A stretch of 64,000 bases of DNA, from assembly GCA_965240325.2 (NCBI GenBank), contig OZ251222.1, positions 2,914,001-2,978,000 of the forward strand, read 5' to 3'. The position numbers were made by a program, and so were the translations under genes. The notes beneath the pieces were generated by a model. That model was not told the origin of the DNA. It made no database searches and saw only the letters and a program-made list of their open reading frames with translations. Positions 55,995 to 64,000 of the stretch are shown piece by piece; the stretch's first letter is position 1; each line of letters opens with the position of its first letter. The stretch is from Rebecca billardiae RCC1528. Lineage: Eukaryota > Protista > Haptophyta.

Positions 55995-58619
55995 TGCAGG
56001 ATTGGAATTTTCCGTGACGCTTCGGACGGTCCGCAGCTCGAGTCAGCGAATCCGGTCTCGGCCGGACAGTGGAACTCGGGTGGAAGCCGCGACTTCGCGG
56101 CGGACGGAGCCTCAAACGAGCGGTGCCTCGGCTCGCGGCGCGATCTACTCGGCGAAGACCGACGAGGCTGCTCGCGGGCCCGACTATGCGTCGACGCGGG
56201 CTGGGGTCGTCTTCCGCGTGGCGCTGGGCAAGTTCCTCGCCGCCCTGACGGGTGCTCTCCTTTCGCCCTCACGGCGCGCGCGGTGCGTTTCGCGAGCTTC
56301 TTGCATGCGCCGCCCGCGGTTGCGCCCGAGCCTGATGCTTCAGTCGACACGGCAGGTGGCTCGCGCAGGGTGGGATTGTGTGCGGGTGCCGCTGGCGGTG
56401 CGTCTCACCCTCCTGAAATTGTGTGGGAGGCTGTGACATTGCACGCGTACACCCCGCCACGCCCGCGGCCCGCCCGCGCAAACGCCGCGCCGCGCAGTTG
56501 TCTTTGACCTCGAGCGAGCCTGAGGCGTGGAGGCGACCGACGGCGGGGTGCGACTTGCCCACCGACCCGAGCCGCATCACCCAGCGCAGCCTCGCCCGCG
56601 ACGACGCTTCGCCTGGCTGCCACTGCTCAGCCGCGTGCAAGGCGGGCTGGGCGACGTCTTTGCGAGCGCGGCTGCAGCGCAGCACGCGAGAGGCTGGAGC
56701 GCCATGACGCGGATGGCGGAGCGGGCTTTGGGCTGGCTGGCATGAGCCGCCAGGCTGTACCGTCCGCGCAGATCGCGCTCGGCCCGGCCGCAGCCCTCCT
56801 GAGCGCGCGCCTCAGAGCTGAGACTGATCACGTGCACGCGCACAAGCCACACTGCCGTGGCTGTGTCGAGCAGCTGCGTGTGCTCGAGGCGCGGCGCTCG
56901 CACGGGCCACGCGGGCGCAGCGGGTGCGCGCAGCTGGCGCACGCAGTGCCACGTCCTGCCGCGCCAGTTTGGCGGCCGTCCGCCCCCCCGAGCTCGAGTT
57001 CTGCGCGCTTTGCGACGGCGCGGCCGGCCGCGCCCATCTTCATGCTTGGGCACGCCAGCATGGCCGCCGCCGGGCCTGCTGCGCGCGCCGAAGCTGGAGG
57101 GCGGAGGAGGGCGCTGGGCTGCTCCTACGGCGTGCTGCAGCCCGGGCAGGCTTTTCCGCGGCGCGGCGAGGCCGTCGCGCCTGCTCGCCGCCGTCGAGTC
57201 GCCCGTGCTGAGTGACCGTCGGCCGCATGTGCTCGGCGGCACCGCAGGCAGGCGTCCCATACCAGTGTGCTCGAGCCGCTGCGCGCACCCAAGGCGAGCT
57301 GCTCGAGCGGGCTAGGTGGGCCCACGGAGTGCGCGCAGCTGGCGCACGCAGCCCCGCGTCATGGGGTGTCGGTTTGACGGTCGCCAGCCCCCGTGGGCTC
57401 GAGCTCTGTGCGCTTCACCACGGAGGTGCCGACGGCGCCCCGCGGCGCGCAACGGCGTGGCAGCATGGCCGCCGCCGGCGCCGCCGCACATGCCGCCGCT
57501 TACGGGCAGTCGAGAGCTTGGGGCAGCACCTACGGCATGCTGCAGCTCGGGCGGGCTCTGCCAGCCTGCTGTGGCGTGATCGCGCATTTTCCAGACCGTC
57601 GACTCGCCCGCGCTGCATATTTGTTTGCCGCGCGTGCTCGACGGCGCTGCTGCCGCCGCTACGGCCGCGCGTTGCTGCGTCGCGAGCGAGCCCGATTCGA
57701 GCTGAACGGCGGCGTGCTCATCGCTGCTGGCGCAGATGGGCGCGTCATGGTGGCCACGCACGGTGCTGAGTGCTCGCGCGTGCCAGACGAGGCGCGTGCT
57801 CGCGCTGTGGCTCAATGTCCGGCAGTGCGCGTGGCAGGCCGCAGCTGCTCGACAACAGAACCAGCGGGCAGTGATCGGGCTGCGCGCGCGCAGCTGATGG
57901 CGGCGAACGAGCGAGCCCGCACCGCCGCGCAAGGGCTGGGCGACTGGCGCCGAGGTGGCGCGCACGTCGTCCGCTGCCGTTGGCATCGCGGCGGACGCTT
58001 CAAGCTCGTTCGGCCGGCGTGTTTTCTCCGACGCCCACCTGCGAGCGCTGCCGGCACCGTGCTCGGGCGTCAGTATCGGTGGGCTCGAGCACGCGTGGTG
58101 AGGCGCTCGGAGCGGTCGACGGCCATGATGGGGCAGCGCACGGTGGGCGCAGGCCACGCGCACGCCAGCGCCCCGCGTGGCGTGGCTTCACGGGGCGCAG
58201 CCACCAGGAGACTGTGCTGCGACGAGCTCGGGCGCGCTCGGGCGCCGCTGCTCTGCATTTTCCCGAAAAATCGGTTTTCGTGCCCTCGACCGGCGGCATG
58301 CCGCCGGGGTGGCCGCAGCTGCGCTCGGAGCAGCGCGCACGGGCACCGCCGTGTGCGCCCGCCCGCTTTCGCCGCCGCCGAGCTCGAGCACAGCGCTGCG
58401 CGGGGCTGCGTAATGCCAACGGCGCATGATTTTTTGCCCGCGCCGAGCGCGCGTCGGCGCGCGCAGCGCGCTCAGGTGTGGCCTGCTACCAAGGTCTGTG
58501 CCACGATTCGACGCGCCTATGGTGCGCCGAATTTAGGCGCACCGCTTCAGAATTGTCCGATGATTCGACTAGTGGTGCGGACAACTTAAAACGTCACCCT
58601 GAGCAGTTTTCCGGCACTG
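55992..58619. mobile_element. Non-autonomous TIR element (2,628 bp) with CAGTG ends in TA tracts
   Basis: Gapless imperfect 53-bp inverted repeat with conserved blocks CAGTGC.GGA / GTGACG.TT / GTCCGCA.C.C.AGTC. Internal degenerate ~405-bp duplication (about 56920 vs 57325). No recognisable protein. Confidence 0.65.
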
Positions 58620-58969
58620 TGTATATATATGCTGATAGATATATAGCTAGTGATGCGCGCAGAGTTCTGAGCAGCTCATGCCGCTGCCCAATGACTCTCA
58701 GATCCGCGCTGCCGGGCCAAGGATATGATGATGCGCGGCCTGCGGCTGCTGATCGGAGGCGATGACGCGCCGATGCTGACGATGACGTGCGCCCGGCCTG
58801 TCGATACTCGATGGCGGATCGGACGTCCGAGTCATCATATCGCGATCGACATCATAATAATTAATAATGACGCGATGCTGACACGGCTGACTGCTATCAT
58901 CAGCATATCGATCAGCATCGTCAGGATGACGAACATATCATTCAGTGACAGCAAGTGGCCTGCTGTGCT

Positions 58970-59002
58970 CATATATATATATATATATATACTATAGCTC
59001 TC

Positions 59003-59058
<56 letters not shown>

Positions 59059-59078
59059 GTCTCTCTCTCTCTCTCTCT
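58970..59078. repeat. (TA)n + (TC)n microsatellites
   Basis: Direct observation. Confidence 0.9.
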
Positions 59079-59362
59079 GGTAAGTATGCACCAGTCGACT
59101 GACTGCTAGCTGCTGATGATGATGACGACGGTCGTCGTCAGCAGATGTCATCAGCTGCAGCTATTAGTATATACGTACCAGTACAGTATTAGATTTAGTG
59201 CCGTCTCGGGGACGCACCGCTCCGCCGTGTGATCCGAGGACCGATCCAGACCGTCAGTGGCGACGCGCGCGAGTCAGTAGCTGCGCGCGCGCGCCTACGT
59301 GCGCTATACTAGCTGGCTGAGTCTCAGTGTCGTCAGTCAGCAGCATATATACTGCTCGCGCC

Positions 59363-59365
<3 letters not shown>

Positions 59366-59447
<82 letters not shown>
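59366..59447. repeat. (GA)n microsatellite
   Basis: Direct observation. Confidence 0.95.
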
Positions 59448-59451
<4 letters not shown>

Positions 59452-59970
59452 TGCGTGTCATTGATGCTCGCGCAGAGCTCATGGTCGTGGCTCGGTCACG
59501 CGATGCAGCACATTGCGCTGGTGCCAGGCCGCCACGCGCATGGCCGGACATGGCAACGCGTTGTACCATGAGTGCACTCGACTGCACAAAGGAGCAGCGG
59601 GCCCAGAACCCTACGCATAGCGAGCATGCACGCGCGCGCAGTCATGATGGTGGGAACTGAATGAACAAGATGAGTGGGCATGAGGCGACGCGGCACTGAA
59701 CATCACGGATGGCGAAGACGTTCTGATACAACTACTAGTAGCAGTCCTCTGTCGGTCGGTTGCGATGACAGGCTTGGCGCGGCGATCACCCCCGGACTCC
59801 AATCGTGGCAATCGTCGCCTCGTGAGGCCGTGAGCCGCCGAGCAGATGGTGCGAGCCGCAACTACTAACTAGGACTGCGCGCATGCGCACATCCCTGAGC
59901 ACAGCCGCTCAATCCAGCTCGTGCGGCATGCACAGCGAACAGAACGCGACGCAAGCGGTATGAGACGGCA

Positions 59971-61014
59971 TCAAGCGCGGTTCGACGCGCGTGCCTGAGC
60001 CATGCAGTCGTAGCCCGCGGCCGCGAGCTGCTCTTCCGTTGCGGACCACAGCGCCTTGCGCAGCGAGCCGTCCTCATCCCGCCCGGCGGTGGATGGCACC
60101 TTCACCTCGCAGTCGGCGAGGTACGCGCCCGCATAGTCCGGCCGTCCGCACTCGGGCGACAAGCACGCGTATACAGTCGTGGCCGCGCCCTGCTCCACGC
60201 TCTTGTCCGTCAGGAAGAGCGAGAGCAACGCCCCGCCGACCGCGTTGCTTGCCGGCGTGTTTCTCCACAGCGGCGTGCGGATGACGCCCGGGTGGACCGA
60301 GAGCGCCGTGATCGGGCTATCCGCCGAGCGGTCGGCGACCGACTTGGCGAACAGCAGGTTCGCCAGCTTGGACTGCCCATACGCGTCCCACGCCGCGTAC
60401 TGCCGCTTGCGGTAGTGCAGATCCTTCGGGTCGAGCGTGCCCATCGTGTGCGCGATGCTCGAGAGGCAGACCACGCGGCACTGATGCTTCTGCGCGCGCA
60501 GCTTGGGCTCGAGGAGGCAGTAGAGGTAGAAGTGGCCAAAGTGGTTGACGCCGATCTGCTTCTCAAAGCCGTCCGCCGTGTACTCCGCCTGCGGCAGCGC
60601 CATGATCCCCGCGTTCAGCACGAGCAGGTCGATGGTCTCGCCGACGAGCCCGTCCGCAAGCGCGCGCACAGACGCGAGGTCCGCCAGGTCCACCATGCGA
60701 TGTTCGATCACGGCGTCGGGCACGGTGTACGAGCCCTGCTGCTTGATGGCTTTCTCGCACGCAGGCGCGTACTTGGTCGGGTTGCGGCTCGCGATGATCA
60801 CCTTGCAGCCAGCGAGCGCGAGCGCCTTGGCCGTCTCGAGGCCGATGCCACTGGCCCCGCCCGTGATCACAGCCGTCTTGCCGGCAAAGGCGGCAGGGCC
60901 ACCGAACGCACTGACGACCTCGCGCGCAGTGCTCCGTGCTCCAAGGCGAGTGGGGGGCTTTGCACAGCTCGCCACCCCCGGCAGCATCGCGAGGACGAGT
61001 TGCAACTTGCCCAT
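59971..61014 (-). CDS. Short-chain dehydrogenase/reductase, retinol dehydrogenase/WWOX/Tic32-like
   Basis: Motifs TGGASGIG, DLADLASVR, LVLNAGIM, VNHFGHF, YGQSKLAN and VHPGVI; signal-peptide-like N-terminus. Confidence 0.92.
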   Translation of the reverse strand: MGKLQLVLAMLPGVASCAKPPTRLGARSTAREVVSAFGGPAAFAGKTAVITGGASGIGLETAKALALAGCKVIIASRNPTKYAPACEKAIKQQGSYTVPDAVIEHRMVDLADLASVRALADGLVGETIDLLVLNAGIMALPQAEYTADGFEKQIGVNHFGHFYLYCLLEPKLRAQKHQCRVVCLSSIAHTMGTLDPKDLHYRKRQYAAWDAYGQSKLANLLFAKSVADRSADSPITALSVHPGVIRTPLWRNTPASNAVGGALLSLFLTDKSVEQGAATTVYACLSPECGRPDYAGAYLADCEVKVPSTAGRDEDGSLRKALWSATEEQLAAAGYDCMAQARASNRA

Positions 61015-61301
61015 CTCAACGCGTCGTTCGCGGGCGGAAGCGGATGGCGAGCTTGATGCGCACGCTGATGCGGCGAGCAGCGTCGGCGAAGGTGTGAGCG
61101 ACCGACCGGTAGGTAAGCAACAGTACCTTGGTAGCCCGTACTACTCGAAAGTTCCATGCAGGACTCGTTGTCCGGGTGTAAATGGATAGATCTTTAGTTC
61201 TTTACCGTTGGCGCGCCGGCCATTCGTTCGTGAGTCGGGGCGTGAGGCGTGAGCAGTGAGCAGCGGCGCCGCGGCGGTCATCGCGTGCAGGCTCGGGGCC
61301 C

Positions 61302-62921
61302 ATGCGCGGCGAGTCACCGGTCATCGCCCTGTCGAGCGTGCGCTCGGAGGAGCGGGAGCGGCTCAAGCGGCTGATTCTCGACTCCCGCGAGCGCTTGCCG
61401 GCGGAGCTAGACGAGACGCCCTTCGGCGAGCGCTGCACTCACCTCGTCCTCGCGCAGCCGCGGCGGACACTCAAGGCGCTGTTTGCCATCGCGCGTGGCG
61501 CTCACATTGTCTCCGTGCCGTGGGTCGAGGCGTCCACGCGCGAGGGTGCGTGGGCGGGCGAGGGCTCGTACGAGCTGATCGGTCTCCCCGGCGCGCAGCG
61601 TGCGCGCGCCGCCGTGGGCGATCCGCCGCTGTTCGCGCACGCGCGCGTACACGTCGCACCTGGCACGCGCGCCCCTCGGTCTGCGCTCGAGCAGCTGCTG
61701 ACACTGCTCGGGGCAGCGGTGGAGGCGGAGGAGAGTGCGCGGCGGACGGATGTCGTTCTCATCCTCGGCGACGACGCGCCCTCGCCACTCCCCCCGACGA
61801 GGCGAGTCCTCCGCGAGAACGCGCTGCTCTCCGCCATCGAGCGCTATGAGCGCCCGGCCGCCCTCGGCAGCCCGCCGCCTCGAGGCCCGGCGCAGCCCGA
61901 GGCCCACGCGCAGAGCCCAGCGCCCAGCGCCGAGGTCTCTGCGCCCGCTCTCGACCCTGACGCTCCGCGCTGGCTTCAGCCCGCCTCGCGCGCCGTGGCA
62001 TCGCGCGTGCGCCTGGGCAAGGCCGCCGAGAGCGAGCACGCGCCACAGCCCAAGCCGCAGCGCACGCGCGTGATGCCCAAGCGCGGCGCCAGCGCTCAGG
62101 GCCCGTCCTCGCGCGCGCCGGTGGCGCCTACGGCCTGCGGCGCGTGGGGCGTCGGCGGCGGGCTGAGCGTGCGCATCGTGCGCGGCCAGGGCGCGCACGT
62201 CGCCGACTACTTTGTGATGGACGACGTGCTCGAAATCTACCGCGACCGGTTGCCGCGGTGCAACGTCGACTACCACGCGCGGGGCGGGGCGCACAACGTG
62301 GACGCGGGCAGTCCAGAAGGCGCGGACGAGCACGACGAGGACGACTTTGCGTTCACGTCGGATGCGCGCTCGTCCAAGCGCCGCGCCCACCCGCGCGCGG
62401 CCCCCGCCCCGAGCGGCGCTGCGAGCAAGCGCGCCAAGCGGCCGGTGGACTTCCTCGGCGACCTGATCGGCGGCGGCAGCGCGCCGTCGCCGCGGCCGGC
62501 GCGTGGCTCCGGCGCGCACTCGGGCCGATTGACGCTGGCGCTCGTGCTCGACGATGGCGGTTTGCCTCTGGCGGCGCTCACGCTCCACGTGCACGCGCGG
62601 CTGGGCGTGGGCGAGATCCTGCTCTGCGCCGTGCGCAAGCAGCGCTCCCGCCGTGGGCTGGGAGGCGCCCTGGTGGAGTGCACGCTCGAGGTGCTCCGCG
62701 ACATCAGCGGGCTGCACACGGCCGTGTGCATCGCGAGCAAGGACTCGGTCGGGTTTTGGGAGAAGATGGGCTTCAGCGCGGATGTGAGCCTCGGGAGCGA
62801 CGCGTGGGCGTCGCTGATCGACCCCTTCGACGATAGTGTCGTGATGCAGCTGCAGCTGCACAACGCGGAGCCTCATCGGCCTTTGGCCACGGGCACGGTC
62901 CGCGCGTCAAGCGCCGGATAG
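61302..62921 (+). CDS. BRCT-repeat + GNAT acetyltransferase protein
   Basis: BRCT motif CTHLV..PRRTLKALFAIARGAHIVSVPWVEAS..W..E..Y plus a second degenerate BRCT. GNAT motif EILLCAVRKQRSRRGLGGALV..SVGFWEKMGF. Start uncertain. Confidence 0.8.
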   Translation: MRGESPVIALSSVRSEERERLKRLILDSRERLPAELDETPFGERCTHLVLAQPRRTLKALFAIARGAHIVSVPWVEASTREGAWAGEGSYELIGLPGAQRARAAVGDPPLFAHARVHVAPGTRAPRSALEQLLTLLGAAVEAEESARRTDVVLILGDDAPSPLPPTRRVLRENALLSAIERYERPAALGSPPPRGPAQPEAHAQSPAPSAEVSAPALDPDAPRWLQPASRAVASRVRLGKAAESEHAPQPKPQRTRVMPKRGASAQGPSSRAPVAPTACGAWGVGGGLSVRIVRGQGAHVADYFVMDDVLEIYRDRLPRCNVDYHARGGAHNVDAGSPEGADEHDEDDFAFTSDARSSKRRAHPRAAPAPSGAASKRAKRPVDFLGDLIGGGSAPSPRPARGSGAHSGRLTLALVLDDGGLPLAALTLHVHARLGVGEILLCAVRKQRSRRGLGGALVECTLEVLRDISGLHTAVCIASKDSVGFWEKMGFSADVSLGSDAWASLIDPFDDSVVMQLQLHNAEPHRPLATGTVRASSAG

Positions 62922-63378
62922 ACTATAGAGCGTCAGCCAGAGACTAGTGCTAGGACTGGGCCAGCTGGAGGCGTCACACCAGCAGCGCAAGCTGCCAATC
63001 CGTGTGAGTACTGTAGCTACTGCGCGTCGTCATTACAACTACCGGCGGCGGCTGTCAGTATTGTTACCAGCCAGCGAGAAGGCCGCGGTAGGCCGCCATT
63101 TGGCATTTGGCGGCCACCGCGGCCAGCATTATCGTCGCGGGAGCAGTTCTGTACGGTCAGTGAGTTCTGCCTGCATGCAGCCTGAGAAGTTGAAGTGCTC
63201 ATTTGGTGCCGCTTCACCGTCGGCTTTTGTCTTTTGAGCCATCTGGTAGCAGCAGCTAGCTACTCCGTAACTACTCGTCGGTGACTCATATTCATCATCA
63301 GACGACATTGTCATCACTAATAGTAATACTACTCATCATCAGCTGAGTGAATCAGCACCAGCCAAGCAGAGCTTGGAC

Positions 63379-64000
63379 CTAAGGTGGTGCAGCAGCGGGT
63401 GCGGCCGTTTCCATCGGCGGCGCCTCTTCTTCGGCGAGGCTGACGCCCGGAGGCACCACCGCGCGCATGCCCTCCTCGTCGTTGAGCACTTGGCGCCACA
63501 CAAACTCCTCGGCGTAGTGCGTGCCGACGGCCGCACCACGCGCATCGCCTCCTGCGCCGCCGGCCCCCGCACTCCCGGCCGCGCCGCCGTCCTGCGGCTG
63601 CGCGCGAGGCTCGCAGCTCGCCTGGCAAGTGTACACGGCCAGGGTGCCCCAATCCAGGGAGTCGGCGTCAAGCATATCGAGCTGCAGGTGGTTGAGCAGC
63701 TGCGGCATCACCTGGAACTCGAAGCAGCGCGGGGCGCCGCAGCGCGCGCACGGCGGCACGGCATCGCCAGGCTGGCCCTTGCGGCTGACCCACAGCGGCG
63801 ACGCGCGCGCGTGGCGGCAGTACCGGAGGCACTGCTCGGGCTCGACGGAGATGCGGCGCTGGAAGTCGAGAAACGCTTCGTCTTGCAGCTGCTCGAGGTC
63901 CTCGCCGTCGCCCAGGTCGTCGTCCTCCTCGGCGCCGCCCTCGGCGCCCATCGTGCCGCCCTCTGCCGACGAGCCCGCCTGCTCGCGCTGCTCCGCGCGG
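63379..64000 (-). CDS. PDCD2: PDCD2/TSR4-family protein, C-terminal domain (5' end outside window)
   Basis: FQRRIS.EPEQCLRY..PLWVS..PPCARCGAPRCFEFQVMPQLL..DWGTLAVYTC..SC..EEFVWRQ. Confidence 0.88.
   Translation of the reverse strand, partial: RAEQREQAGSSAEGGTMGAEGGAEEDDDLGDGEDLEQLQDEAFLDFQRRISVEPEQCLRYCRHARASPLWVSRKGQPGDAVPPCARCGAPRCFEFQVMPQLLNHLQLDMLDADSLDWGTLAVYTCQASCEPRAQPQDGGAAGSAGAGGAGGDARGAAVGTHYAEEFVWRQVLNDEEGMRAVVPPGVSLAEEEAPPMETAAPAAAPP

Noticed and set aside
54679-58589. ORFs of 294-552 aa across the repeats and the CAGTG element
   Set aside because: Low-complexity translations crossing microsatellites and non-3n repeats; no domain motifs.
1-64000. tRNA/rRNA genes and telomeric repeats
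   Set aside because: None recognised by eye; tRNAscan-SE/Infernal were not run, so small RNAs could be missed.

Overview
Very GC-rich eukaryotic genomic DNA with short GC-rich GT-AG introns. Bipartite plastid-targeting peptides and flagellar genes suggest a haptophyte-like microalga (inference). Gene-dense blocks at about 1-31 kb and 60-64 kb encode an RgpF-like glycosyltransferase, a plastid-targeted protein, an ankyrin protein, a PNRC/Edc1-like protein, a membrane protein, ornithine aminotransferase, a RING-DNAAF1-like protein, DUF4536, a PAN/kringle protein, a SnoaL-like protein, an SDR, a BRCT-GNAT protein and PDCD2. These blocks flank a nested transposon island at about 31.2-59.5 kb. The island's centrepiece is an apparently intact 17.8-kb Mutator-like element (35542-53329) with 489-bp TIRs, a 9-bp TSD (TAAAACAAA) and two convergent giant genes. 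One gene is a ~3,600-aa polyprotein joining a 2OG-Fe(II) dioxygenase-like domain, MULE DBD/DDE/SWIM, PHD-like and HhH motifs, a pseudo-OTU and an intact-motif OTU. The other is a long orphan gene. The element sits next to a 251-bp tandem array that is actually a minus-strand gene. Each unit is one 105-nt exon plus one 146-nt intron, and splicing yields 8 C2H2 zinc fingers whose differences are confined to amino-acid-changing exon positions. Several TA-flanked non-autonomous TIR elements and a 5'-truncated Copia with its 3' LTR are also present. All domain calls are from motif recognition by eye; no searches were run.
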